64,000 nt of DNA from Nageia nagi. Lineage: Eukaryota; Plantae; Pinophyta. Position 1 is the first letter of the stretch. Each line of letters opens with the position of its first letter. Positions 1 to 13,725 of this stretch are shown in pieces. The notes beneath the pieces are model-generated. The model saw nothing but the letters and a program-made list of their open reading frames with translations, had not been told where the DNA came from and did no database searches. The stretch is from positions 5,332,001-5,396,000 of the forward strand of contig JBITNC010000001.1 of NCBI GenBank assembly GCA_050084985.1, read 5' to 3'. The position numbers were made by a program, and so were the translations under genes.

Positions 1-920
1 ATAATTTTTTGCATGGCATCTTCATGATGACTTATAGTGTACCATTGATCAATTTATGATGGTATTTGTGTGATTCATATATTTTTGTTCATATGAATAT
101 GATGCATCTAATTGATCTTGTTATTTGAGCTACTTATGACTTACAGGCTCCTTTGAGATTGCAGGTTACTTACCTCAAGTATGTAGGCTCTTGAAGACTC
201 TTCATAACTTCCAATTGGATGACTATTTCATGTACATTGAAATCAATTATGATTAATTATTGTATTTAGCAAAGTAGTGAGTCTCAAACTAGATATTTTT
301 ACTTTACAAATATGTAAAATATTCTCATCTTCATTGTATCTATTTGGAGGAGAACTCTCTTACTTTTTCTTCTTCTTCTCTCTTACTCTCTCTATCCCAA
401 TATGGCATTGAAGGGGAGTGTTGGAATGTATAATGCATTATTGTAAAGGTTTGTATTAAATTTTCTATGTAAATTCACTAATACTTAAGGGTATCATTTG
501 ATACCTTAAGTATTTAAGTGAATATGATAATGTAACTTATCCTACACTCCATGTCATGAGCATGCCCCTTGGGTAAAAGGATGTGCATCTTACGCTTTTG
601 TACATTGGATAAAAAGGTGATCTAAAGAAGGATTTTGGCTTATAAATAGAAGGCTTCCTTTTTGTGAATATACACCAATTATGGAGTAAAGTTATGCTAT
701 AGGATAGAAGTGTAGGAGTTGAAATTAGGAGAATTTTAAGAGAGTTGTATTTATGATTAAAGTAAAGATCTAGTTAGTGGATGTACTCCTAGTTGGAGGA
801 ACCACTTACATCTTGTGTTATCTTTGTGAGATTGCTTTATGTGATAGTTAGATGTGAATTGAGAGCTTTCATGTGATCTTGGTAGTTTAGTATTGTTCTT
901 GTTATAGTTTAATTCTCACA
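1..920 (+). mobile_element. 3' end of a Ty1/copia element (3' UTR, PPT, 3' LTR), related to the young element at 37334-44845
   Basis: 1-418 aligns by eye with the reverse complement of ~37842-38275. PPT GAAGGGGAG at 410-418 is followed by TGTTGG at 419. The LTR ends ...TCTCACA at ~920 and is similar to the LTR at 26106-26605. Confidence 0.85.
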
Positions 921-2281
921 AAGCACATTCTAAGTAGTATAAACCCTTTATTTATTTATTATATTCACCTCTATCAATTAAGTCAAAATTGCATTTTTTG
1001 CAACTTTGATTGCTCTTTTCCTTTAGCTTACTAACTTCACAAAGATTAACCTAGTTGAATATGATAAGAATTATTTGATTATGGCTTTGGAGGAACCATT
1101 CATAGAGGGATAATTCATCTCTTCCCCCTATTGAGAAATTGATAAGAATTTTAATCAAAGCCCTGATGGAGAGGCATGCATCTCCTATTCCTACAGATGA
1201 AAGAGTTCATAAAAGAAATAGGAAGTAAGGCTATTTTACCTATAATTTCCATTTGAAGTGAGCCAATAGGGGAAAATGGAAACCACTAATATCTAAATGT
1301 CTCCCTTCTAGGGTGAACAATTTCACCAAGGCCCTAGCACTTCATTCCATGGGTATGGAATATTTGCCACCATGTAGTTCAAAACATGTCTCTTGGGTAC
1401 CACTTCACTTGGATCAAGTAAGGTTTGGACCTCCTTTATGGTTGAGTGAATTTCTCTATAATACCTTACCCCTACATTAGCCATCTTTGTAGCCTATGAG
1501 ATCAGCTCTACACTAACACAAAATTGATGGCCATCAACTTTAACCTAACCCTCATCCTAGGAATCAACAACCTACATGGATGACTCTGATTTATGCCCAT
1601 ATAAGGCCTCTATAAAGCCTTTGATTTCCCCATTGTATAGGATTTCCTAGACTAGGGGGTCCTGCTTGAATTCACCTTCACTATTAGGATCGGTTCACTT
1701 TTGTCTAATCCAAGCTATCATTATTTGAAAAATACATATGTACCACCCTAGACACTCCATAGTTTTAACTTAATTAATTTAGAAGCTTTCAATTTCCACT
1801 GTACATAAGTCCCATGTATCAATTGTCCTTGGTAGCTCGATCCATGGAGGTGCTTTAATATTATCCAAGGAAATGAATTCCTACATGTTCACCACCCTAT
1901 TTGGCATGCTTATTTTAATCATCATGTGGATCATTTGATGATCCTCCCTCCCTACCATAAAATTTGTTTAATTGGTTTATTTGTAATTTGTAATTTTAAT
2001 TTTCTATTATCTAAATAGATTATATTATTATATATGTTTTAAAAATTAAACAACAAAACAAAGCCTTTTAGCCAACCTTTTTAAAGACATTGATGTGTTA
2101 GGTGACTTTGTTTGACAATTATGGGGCATCTATGGTGTTTTGTGTATAATCCATCTACTTGTTTCAAGTAATTCATGTGAATTAATTATTAATTTTATGA
2201 TAATAAGTTTATCTTTAACACTAATAATTTTATTTGGGTGGGATGGGTAATTAAATTTTAATTTGATGATATTTTTATATT

Positions 2282-2985
2282 TGTTGGATCTTTAAAATAA
2301 GATTAACAAGATCAATGTTGTAGTATACATAGTAAACCCTAAAATATTTTGCCAAAAAAAATACTATTCTATTGTACTAAATATATGAACAACAATCACA
2401 CAAGATTAACACCAACATGTATAGTGGTTCTTCTCAATATGAGAGTGCATCCACTTTGAATCCTCCATGAATCCATTACTCTAATCAAGTGAAAATACAT
2501 GCAACAATATGTATATTTACAAAATCATGTGCTAAATATGGTGTAACAACAGTTGCTTACTATGCTTACACTACTCTTCACTATTTGCATAATCCTCACG
2601 AAGATATACCAATTATATATGAGAATCCTTTACCAATATTTCTCCATGATCTTCACAAGTATTCTCTACTTGTCTCTCAACAAACTCTATTCTCATTCTA
2701 TTCCTACACCCACTTCTCTATTTCTTCCACAAAAAAATTCTAAAACTAAATTCTTCAATACATTTCTTTGTCCATGGTTGTCTTATATAGAGTTTGAAGT
2801 TATAAAGATATGATGGATAATAATCCATGCATCCTCTTATTCATAGGATTCTATTTCAACTTTTTGGACAAGTGGAATTTATTTTTTCTCCTAACTTAGG
2901 TAACTATAATAATATAGTTTGTTCTTATTATTTAAATTAATTCACAAGAACTTTAATCCCCAAGTATGCATTACACAATCCAACA
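2282..2985 (-). repeat. 3' LTR of the old copia element
   Basis: TGTTGGATC...TCCAACA; direct repeat of 10015-10699. Confidence 0.9.
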
Positions 2986-3172
2986 TTCCATCTTAATGTA
3001 TACTTGGGGATGTTGGTAGAAACTTTGAATTCTCCCCCTTGAAGTGGAGTTGCAAATTAAAATACAATATTTTCACTTTTACAATGAGAGTAGTTCAAAT
3101 ATAGTGCATAAAAATCTTTTATTCATAGAGGATTTACTTGTAAAGAAACTATTAACTTTTGCAACATAACAT

Positions 3173-3356
3173 TTGCCAATTGTAACACCAATGGTTACCA
3201 AATGCAACTCCACTAGTTGCCAATTGCAACACTGATGGTTGCCAAATGCAAGTCCAACAATTTTCAATTACAACACCAATGGTTGTCAAATGCAACTCCA
3301 ATAATTGCCAATTACAACACCAATGGTTATCACATGCAACTCCAATAGTTGCCAAT
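3173..3356. repeat. 22-bp minisatellite with 44-bp higher-order unit, in the copia 3' UTR
   Basis: Alternating TTGCCAATTGCAACACCAATGG / TTGCCAAATGCAACTCCAATAG, about 8 monomers. Confidence 0.85.
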
Positions 3357-4974
3357 GTGAGCTTGCATATTTGTAGTAAGCAACAAATAAACATTTTTGC
3401 AACTCTGAAGAGTAATTGTTAGCACAAATAATAATATATGTGTAAGTTTGACTATTACATACAATTTACAAAATGTAAATAGTTCTTATAGATACATGAC
3501 ATACAAGTCAAAAAAATAAATAACCAAATGTAATAGTATTACACATTAAATTGAATAAGTAATTAAAAAAATGTGCATAATTGAACAACAATTGTTCAAT
3601 CTTAGAAGTTTCCCCCATAACTTTATTTAATTTCGAAAATGAAAATTTTATAATGGATAATCAAATTGTTAAACATTTTGAAGTTACTCCCATAGCTTCA
3701 AAATGAGCACATAAGCATTAATAAATTTCATATGAGCAACAAGACACTTGCATAATTCATATGCACCATAACTCAACATGAATTTATAAATTATTTAAAT
3801 AATAAATCAATCTTATTAAAAATAGTAAGACATTGTATTTAAGTGAAATTAATTTGTCATCATAATAATTCCACTCCCCCTTAAGGACATATTCAATTCA
3901 TTAAATCATTTGGACTAAATCTTTGAAGAGTAAACTCACTCAACTCCCCCTTAAGAATAAATTCATTATTCTTAGCTTGTATAAATTCTTTGTTGTATTT
4001 CAATCCTTATATCTTGCTCTCCCTTTTTATTTAAATAATAAACTAGAATACAAGAGTTGATCATAAGAATCATAATTTATAGAATATTAAGAGAGTTTAG
4101 AGAATTTTTACTTTCATTTATATTTGAATTTGCAACAATACTAGTTTTCCTTTCATATTTTCTAAATATGAATTGAAAATATCAGATAAATTCAACTATT
4201 ATCATGTAAAAAAATGATTAGATTCCAAATTTATGTAAGAAATATTTTCCAACATAGCTCCTAAATAAAATTGAAGCTTATGAGGATAATCATAATAAGG
4301 TTGAGCTTCAATTAAAGTTAAAAAAAATTTCCTTAACTTAATTGAATCACATTCCAAATTGCTCAAGAGTTGGAATAAAAAAAACTTTATAATTTTTAGA
4401 GCAAAGGATAATAAATCAACATAAAATATCATTCTCATAGTTAATTATGAGTCATAACTTTTTGATGGAGGCTTACCAAGATATAATTAAAGAAGTGGCT
4501 AGTTCCAATGATTATAAGATAAGGTTTTCAATCTAGCAATAAGATTTTAACTCAATAATAATAATAAACATTCTTATATAACAACTAGAAATATTAGTAA
4601 AGATTAAAGCTTGATTTTTAACACTTATAGTTTCAAAGAACTAAAAGTTGTAGGACATATCAGAGCTTAAAATTAATACTACATGAGAATAATTTATGTT
4701 GATTCTAACTCATCAAAATATCTTCTTAAACAAAGGTTAGATGATTATAGAGTAATTATATCATCAATAACTATAAGGGTTGAGAATATCCCCCAAATAA
4801 ACTTCTTTGAGATGAGTTTACTATTTCAAAATTCAAACAATTGAGAAACTCAAATTTGTTAAAGTTGATAAAGAAACTTTTCTTTGTTGAATTGAAATCA
4901 ATAATTATGGAATCTGATACATATGCTTTCTCTTTTTTCTTTTTTTTTTTATATATGATTCAAAATATTTGAGC

Positions 4975-5112
4975 TTTTTTTAGATAAGGGTAAAAAGGTT
5001 ACCGAAAATAAATGACAAAAGGGTTTTCATACAAGAACTTGACCTATCTAAAATCAATCCAAATATTTAAAATAGTTTAGGCAACATATTGCCATTATTT
5101 ATATTGTACATT

Positions 5113-5144
<32 letters not shown>
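4975..5144 (-). mobile_element. Short 3'-tail fragment of a LINE-related family plus (TA)n
   Basis: T-run then GATAAGGGTAAA...GGGTTTTCATACAAGAAC...AGGCAACATATTGCC, resembling 57600-57700; ends in (TA)n at ~5115-5144. Confidence 0.55.
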
Positions 5145-5146
<2 letters not shown>

Positions 5147-6914
5147 TCCTTGTATAAATATGCTATAGTATTCATAGTGTGTGAATCAACAACTCTTTGA
5201 GTGAATCTACTACAAAAATCATAACATGCAAATCATCACCTGATTTCTTCTTCATTTTGAGAAGGAATCCTCTTCCAAGTCCATCAAGTGTTTCTTGTTT
5301 TCCATCAATTATTTCAACATAGTTGAGTTGTTCAAATAATTTGATAACATTTTTGTCAAGACTAAAGTTGATTTGTTGTCACTTTCTATTGTTGAATTGT
5401 ATACTATCAAGTTTCAAACTTGAAATATTTTAAATTAGAGAGATTTGGGATTTAAGAAATTCCTATAATCAAATATTCAATAAGAATGACACTTTTTGGA
5501 TTTTTTTTAAATAGAATAGTTAATTCCTTATAATATCCTACTTTCTATTTTGGAGTAGTAAGAATTCATCTTTGACCAATCTTAGGTTGAATATTCATTA
5601 ATCCACTTTTCAACCTAAATTACCTTGCATTTTGTAATATAAAGTATCTTACCATAATCCTTAATCCAACCCTTTTGTTGAAGTATTTAAAACAATACTT
5701 TATAAGTATTTTCTAGTTTTCATTCATATATGCTTATAATAGTTCTGCATACTTGTTAGTGACATAATAACTATGTTAAGTTCATTTGATCATATCCTTA
5801 AATACTATCACATATCATAAACAAGTTGTATAATAATTTTAAATAGAGAAAAAAATTATATTTCCAAAAATTCAAACCATAAAATATTACCTTATTGATC
5901 AACTATCATAGTGTTCTTACATGAGCAATTATATATTTTCTTAACAAATTTTCAAAGAATTGGAAGGAGAGAGGAGTTATGATCGACAGTGTTATAACTA
6001 TTATGGCTCATAAACAAAACTTATTGATTTCATGAATGCTTTAGGGAGACTTTCTTAGATATAATAACTTTTTATTTTTATTTTACCAAGTAATTTAATT
6101 TTCAACCTTGGATTTAATAGCTTGTTACAACTATATTTAGATTCTAAAATGATATTGATACACCAAGGATAATAAATAGGTAATTATGCTAACCTAATCA
6201 TAACCAAAACTACTTAATAATATCAGTATTAAAAAAGGATATCATATAGAAATCAAGGGGAATTTTAGTCCAAATAGTTTAACATTCTCAACAATAAAAG
6301 ATTCAAAATTTACTCTTAAGATTAGAGAGATCATTTTTAAAAAAAAATAGTACACCAACTAATAAGAAAGACATTAATCAAATGACCTTAACAAAAGCTT
6401 ATTAACATTGCCTTTAAGATGTTAAGTTCAACTTAGAAATAGTTGACACAAAATTATCAAATTAACTTAAAATATATAGAAAGGCTATAAAAAATGTCCA
6501 ATAAAGTTTTACTATAATTTAACAAATCTCCTTCAATTATGGGGAAAAATAGAGATTTGTGAGGACATGAAGTTTTATCAAGAAATAAAATAGTCTTAAG
6601 AATTGTATAATTCATAATATATTAACTTGATTATCATATACTCATAGGATTAGCTAAAACAAATGGTCAAATCATTAACATTTTATCTTTAATAATAATA
6701 TAGTAAGGCTATAAAAAATTGCATTTTTTGATTAACAAAATCCCATTAAAATAAAATTATAGTTTGTAAGAAAAAAAAATAGTAAAAAAATGCAAAGGCT
6801 CAAGATTTTTAGCCTCTATATGATAGGAATATATGTCATCTTTAGAATTATCAGAAGGAGAAATAAATTCTATGTCATATCTCCTCATAAGAGTCATTAG
6901 TTATGAGTTGACCC

Positions 6915-7265
6915 TTGGGAGAAGACAAATATTTCTAGAATAATTTGAGCCTTATACAGGCTTCTTGGAAGAAGAAACAATGTTACTAGAATAATTTGTG
7001 CCTTGCATAGGCTTCCCAAGAGAAGAAATAATTTGAGCCTTGCATAGGCTTACTAAGAGAAGAAATAGTGTTCCTGAAATAATTTGGGCCTTGTATAGGC
7101 TTCTCATGAGAAGAAACAATGTTCTCAAAATAATTTGAGCCTTGCATAGGATTCTCAAGAGAAGAAACAATATTCTAATAGTAATTTAGCCTTGTACAAG
7201 CTTTTTGGGAGAAGAAACAATGTTCCTAGAACAAGTTGGGCCTTTCATAGGCTTCTTGGGAGATT
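6915..7265. repeat. ~51-bp tandem repeat (~7 copies) in the copia 5' internal region
   Basis: Unit ATAATTTGAGCCTTGCATAGGCTTCTCAAGAGAAGAAACAATGTTCCTAGA, with internal inverted repeat AGCCT-N5-AGGCT. Confidence 0.85.
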
Positions 7266-7470
7266 ATTTCCCAAAACAATAGGAACAAGAGAAACACATT
7301 TTTGCATTTTCATGAAGACTTAAAGTGTTCTATCATGGTCAAGATAGGACCAAATGATCACTATCCCATTTCAGTGATGATTACATCATAAAACTTACTA
7401 CCTTGCTATAGGAAAGTGCAATGTTGCACTTTTGGGATGCTACTAAGGTCCAAGAAAGAGAGATACCACA

Positions 7471-7960
7471 CTTTTAAGAAGGTGACATAAATAAATAAGT
7501 TTAAATTATACAAAAAAAGGTCAAAAAATGCACTACCATACTTTTAATGAGGTGATAGTAGCACCAAAGTTACCATGGTATTACATATGGTAGAAGAGTG
7601 CATTATCGCACTTTTAAGGAGATGATGTTAACACCAATTTTTTTGCAGTGTGGTATAAGGAATAAAAGCACATAAATGCACTTTTAAGGAGGTGACATCA
7701 GCACCAAAGTTTCCATGATGTGGTACAAGGTAGAAGAGTGCATTATCACACTTTTAGGGAGATGATGTCAACACCAAAGTTATTGAGGTGTGACATAAGG
7801 TAGAAGAGAATATTACTGCACTTTTAAGGAGATGATATTAACAAAAAAGTTACCATAATATGACATAAGGTTGAAGAGTACATAACCATATTTTTAACAA
7901 GATGACATCAACAACATATTTGCTATGATATGGCATAATCATAAAATACTTGAAAAATTA
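7471..7960. repeat. 70-bp tandem repeat (~7 copies)
   Basis: CTTTTAAGGA-like anchor recurs at 7471, 7541, 7611, 7681, 7751, 7821 and 7891. Confidence 0.9.
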
Positions 7961-10014
7961 ACTTTGTCACAATCTAGCGATAAAACTGATGATATCACTT
8001 ACTAGAAATTATGAAATCATCATAAAATTGATGCAACATGAGAAACAAATAAGTACACATACCATTTTGGGAAACCTTAAAAATTATGCTAGCACCCATA
8101 CTAAAATGAGCTAAAAAAATAAACGAAATCCTTAAAAAAATTCCTAGTCAACAAGTCATAAAATCTATGATATGTGGCATCCTATTAGAGCATATTTGAA
8201 TCATTGGATATTAAAGTAAATTACATAAGCACCAAAGTTTCCTACACTCTAGTAAGCACCTTCAACATTGAATGTTGCACCTTCAAGTCGATGGCATCAA
8301 CAATAAAGTACCTAGACCATGACAACAAAAGCACCTGACAAGCATATGTTGGACCTGATAAAGAACACAAAATAAATATGATACTCGATGAGCCTTTCAT
8401 GAACTCTAAAAAAGCATTTCCTAGATGCAAAAAGTAGTACAAAATAGAGATATCACTTGATAAGTATTTCTTGGAGTCCAACAAAGCATTTCCCAGACCC
8501 GACAAAGAACACCAAGCATAACTATTTCCCAAACTTTAGGAAAACACAAGATAACACTATTTCATGAACTTCACAATATATATCATTGACTTGAGTAAAT
8601 AACAAAATAAATACCAATGAATTATATATTAAAATACATGATCTATTTCAGATCAAGAAAAAATTAAAATTTAGATATTACTATAATATTTGGCATGCAA
8701 TCCAAGGCAATATGACATGATAAAGTGGATCTTACTAAAAACTGTATATGACCATAGCTTATTTGTTTTAGATCCATTTTTCTATGATTGAAGTTGCATT
8801 ATTTTGAGATTAATAGTGGTCAACCAAATTTGTACTAAAATTCTCATTTTGTCATCTTTAAAAAATCACATTTTTAATGAAGTATATTATGTATATACTT
8901 CAAATTTTAAAAGAACTAGATATCTTATTCAATATGAATTCATTTTAAAGAAATGAAATTCATTAGAATGTTGGAACTAAGGAAAATCCAAGTAATATTA
9001 TATTTGAAGTATATTTAACACACACATGCAAATATATATATGTATTTATGTATGTATGTGTGTGTGTATTTCAAAATTTTAAAATATTATGTTATTAAAA
9101 TAAGATATTAATATAATATTACTATTTACTAAACACCAAATATTTAATTATGCAATTTATATTATATTATTTAGTTAATGTACCCTATAATATTTTAAAT
9201 GAATCTTAGATTCTAGGCTTCATAAAATAGGCCAATACTTTACAAAATAAATAAATGTTCACATTATAAAGAAAATATTATTTTAAAAATTTTTCTCAAC
9301 TCACAAACTTTGAGTTATTGAAATAAACTTTAGTAACTTTTTAAATGAAAGAGACTTTTTTCTAAAAGAAGAAATTTATATAGAGTTTACTATAAATCTC
9401 ATGTACAACCATTTTTGTAAGCTTGAAGCTCAACATCATGGGAGAGATACCTAACAAGATTTGAACAGGAAATAAGACTTTCAATTTAGTATATTGAATA
9501 CCCATAATATTGAAAATAACAATATCCAAAGAACAAAGAGAGTTACACTTCTTCTATGAGAAAAATATACTGAAGTTTAGTCAGATACAATTATTAAAAT
9601 GCTTACTCAAGCTTCTAATAAATAGATTAATGATAGAAAAAACTAAATATTTTATATTCAATAAAAGAGTTTATTCTATTACAAATAATATGGTCAATTA
9701 AGAGTCTCCAAACAAAATTCTATGAATGAGATGTAAATTTGTCCATTATGGATTATGTGGATGACTATCATTAAAATATTTTGGATCTCAATTGTAATTG
9801 AGAGAGCTTAGTGTGTTGCAATGAATAACATGGGCTAATCTAGGATTGTAACTCATACACAATACTTATAAAAATAGAAGAATATATATATAAGTGTAAT
9901 ATTTAAATAATATTGGTATCATATAACCAAAAATGAATACTATAAAAGAGAAAATATTTTAGGCATACCTCTTTAATAGGAGCTTTTCTATCTTGAACAA
10001 GATCTGGTGCCACT

Positions 10015-10699
10015 TGTTGGATCTTTAAAACAAGATAAACAAGACTACTATTGTAGAATACATAGTAAACCTACAAATATTTTGCCAATAAAATACTATT
10101 CTACTACATTAAATATATTAACAACAGTCACATAAGATTAACATTAACATATATGGTGGTTCCTCTAAATATGAGAGTACATCCACTTTGAATCCTCCAT
10201 GAATCCATTATTCTCAAGTGAAAATACATGCAACAATATATCTCTTTACAACACCATGTGCTCAATATTGTGTAACAACAATTTCTTACTATGCTTACAC
10301 TACTCTTCACTATTTGCAATGCTTACAAAGATAGACCAACTATATATGAGAATGCTCTACCAACATTTCTCCATGATGTCCACAAGTATTCTCTATTTGT
10401 CTCTCAATAAACTTTATTCTCATTGTATTCCAACATCCATTGCTCTATTTCTTCTACAACTAAATTGTTTGATAAAATTCTCAACCCATGTCTATCTTAT
10501 ATAGAGTTTGAGTCTATAGAGAGTTGATGGATAATAATCAATGCATCCTATTATCCATAGGGTTCTATTTCTATTTTTTGGACAAGTGGACTTTAATATT
10601 TCTCCTAACTTGGGTAACTATAAAAATATAGTTTATTCTTGTTATTTAAACTAATACACAAGAACTTTAATCCCCAAGTATGCATTACACATTTCAACA
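10015..10699 (-). repeat. 5' LTR of the old copia element
   Basis: TGTTGGATC...TTCAACA; next to the decayed PBS and the ATATT TSD. Confidence 0.9.
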
Positions 10700-11129
10700 A
10701 TATTAAGCTAGTTTTTGTTTATTTTTTATTCATCATAATTTCAAAATATTTCAATTACTTTAATTTTTATATTTTCTATAGTTTCTCAATGAATTTTCTA
10801 ACCCATCAATGTCTTAAAAGAAGTTGGCTAAAATACTTTAATAAATGGCTTGATTACACAATAACATAACCCTTTAACATAAAAATAAATTAAAGGTACA
10901 ACTCACAAATAAAATAATTAAAATAATTTTGGAGTGATTATAATATCAAAAATAAAATAAAAATAACTTTCTATGAAAATATTATTAGTCCAAACTTGAA
11001 CATCCATCATACCCACATATAATAATCAATCTAAAAAAGAAACTTGTGATCACTCAAATGATGAGAATCATTTTCTCTCTTTTTTTCTTCTTTACAAATA
11101 CATTAGATAAACCTATAATGATATTTATA

Positions 11130-12100
11130 ATTGCAACTTGATCCATGAATCCTTAAACCAAGATAGGAAAGACAAGCTTGACGATTTCACTATGCATCTT
11201 GATTACGTTAAAAATAATAATTTAAATACATAAGTTATATGTATTTATCTCTCAAGAAAAACTTCTATGGGTCCTAAAAACCATTTTATTTATTTAAGGA
11301 TACTAAAAGGTTTATCTTAATTATATAATATATACCATCTTAGAGCTTTTCTTGGAATAAAGAGTGAACTAATTTCCATGAAAAAGGATAGAATATGGTG
11401 TGTTGATTTTAATTTTGAAGTTATAAATAATGAATTATTTTTAAATTTACTCAATTTTATTCCATGTTATTAAAGAGATACTTCCAACAAAAACTTCATA
11501 GCCATAGAGAATTACTAGATTTATGAGGTAGGAGAAAAGAGTTTTCTTTTTACCCCAATTCTAAAGCCTTACATTTTTACAATTATTTTTCAAACCATAA
11601 TAGGCCTTGCATCCAACAAATATTTTTTTCAACACTTGGATTCCAATTTAGTTTATGATTAATATCGATACCTAAGTATTTGTAAGAGTGAAATACCTCT
11701 AGAGGTTTATTATTAAAGAGGATTATAGTGTGAAGCATCTTTTAGATTTTATAATCATAAGTTTGATTTTTCCTAAATTAATTGTTAAACAAAATATATT
11801 GTATAATATTTGAAAGATAGGAGTGATAAATTGGTGAACCAGACCCCAACCTAACATCACACATCCCCTCCATCCACCTTGTATTTTACAAGATCACCAT
11901 AGTGCTTAGCTAATAACATAATATTATTTGTATAATATAGATAGATTTCTTTTAATCTTCATTTAAACCCATTGGTTTGTAGGACCTATCATAGTTTGTA
12001 CAAAAGTAAATATTTATCAATTAAATATTTGAATTATTATTTATCATATAAATAAAACCAATGAATAATAATCTAAACTTGAATCTAACTATGTTTATAT
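11130..12100 (-). mobile_element. Decayed RTE-like non-LTR retrotransposon RT / C-terminal fragment
   Basis: Minus-strand PLEVFHSYKYLGID and LVILYGYEV motifs; similar to 30200-31430. Boundaries approximate. Confidence 0.7.
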
Positions 12101-13725
12101 CATTAGAAAATTGACTTAGTAAATTAAGTATAAGAACCACTACTTTCTAATAGTAATCTCTTTCTTGTTGATATAGTTATATGTCATTGTACATACCCAT
12201 AATTGTATTATGATATTCATTGATTTCACCAATCATTCACTCAATATCTTGGCTGGTATTCATATTGGCTCCTACCACTATCACATTTATTGTCTCAATT
12301 ATACCTCATAGTTGATCTCATTCCTCATGCAACACTCTTAGTTATTCAAAAATCATTGCTTGATACTCTTTAATTTTCCTTAAATATTTCTTCTTAACAA
12401 TCAATGTATCCTTCTCCACCATTACTATAAAAAGTTATTATAGAAGCTCTCACCTTTCTAAGTTCCATGTTGTCTCCAATATCTCTTCCACATTCAAGTG
12501 TGGCCTTAAGGATTCAATTTAATAATCATTTGGATGAATTGTGTGTATGTTCCTCCCATATAAAGAGAGGCCAAGTCTTTCCCTCATACTCATATAGGAA
12601 CTTATCTTCCTATTGTTTTCCTCCATGAAATCCTAATACTTACAATGCTTACGCTTTACTCATGAATAAATTATAAAAAAGAAATTACTAGTTTGGATTG
12701 ATAAATTTCTTGAAAGAAATGAAATAAAGTAAATCATAAGAATTTAAATTAAATTCGATTGATAAAATTATTCCAAAAGATAGAATACATAAATGATATT
12801 ATCATAACCAAATAACAACTACATATGCCAAATATTATAATGTATGCAATAAGTTCTTATCATCATATCATAAACTAAATCATATTGTTAGTTTTTCTTT
12901 TGCAATGGATAGTAATTGCTAAGATTAGTGTTTATGAACCTAATTGTAACTAATATTCTTATTGATTTATATAAATACTAAATAGAGAAGGGGATAACAA
13001 GATTCCTTGTTTAAATATGATATCATAATTAATGTATCACCTTCAAATTCATAATTTGAATTGAGGCATCTTAATCATACATTAACACTTCCATTTTTTT
13101 TTGTTAAGACCAAAAAAATACATGGTAAATTAAAGTTTTTTTTTAATATAGGAACCCAAATACTATATTTAAAATTTTATAACAATTTGGCCAATAATAT
13201 ATTAGAAATTAACTTCATTTGAATTGCAAATTTGACTTCATCAATAGTTTCTAGTAAGATTTGATGAAACATGGACCCCCTAATGAAACACAAGTGCATT
13301 TCAAGTGAAATGTGAACCCTTTGATAGAATGTAGGTACACATGTGGAAATCCAAAATGTATGAGCCTTGGGAATATGTACTAAAACATTACTACATTCTA
13401 TAATGTTCTAATGAAATGCTAACATATTTCATTTGTTTTATCTTTTGTTCTTTTAGGTGTTATATTTTGCTTGGTTTTGTAATTATAGGTCTTAGACTGT
13501 TCATTTCATATTTTGGATAGATTCTTCTTCATCCAAATTGTAGATAGTGTGTTATTTCATTCTTATTTAGGTTGATTCCAACTTGGTTATATTGGTGTGT
13601 AGCATTTGTTATTGAAGATTGAATATTTAAGACTCCATTATTCTCCACTATTCTATCTTTTTCATTGTATATTTTCTTCATTATGATTTATTATAATATA
13701 TTTGTTTCGGCTATACACTTTATTG

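Larger units (their letters stand above)
2282..10699 (-). mobile_element. Old, decayed full-length Ty1/copia LTR retrotransposon
   Basis: Two ~700-bp TG..CA LTRs (2282-2985, 10015-10699), roughly 85% similar by eye. TSD ATATT at 2277-2281 and 10700-10704. Decayed iMet PBS at 10001-10012 (GATCTGGTGCCA vs GCTCTGATACCA) and decayed PPT after 2985. Faint minus-strand remnants of protease (~6560) and integrase (~5450-5930). Confidence 0.85.

Noticed and set aside
2489-2813. Small ORFs here and at 10199-10504, 17538-17756 and 24908-25177 as duplicated genes
   Set aside because: They lie in LTR copies; the similarity reflects the LTR duplication, and lengths and stops differ
11832-11844. TGGTGAACCAGAC as another Trp PBS
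   Set aside because: No adjacent LTR end; sits within an RTE-like fragment; may be chance
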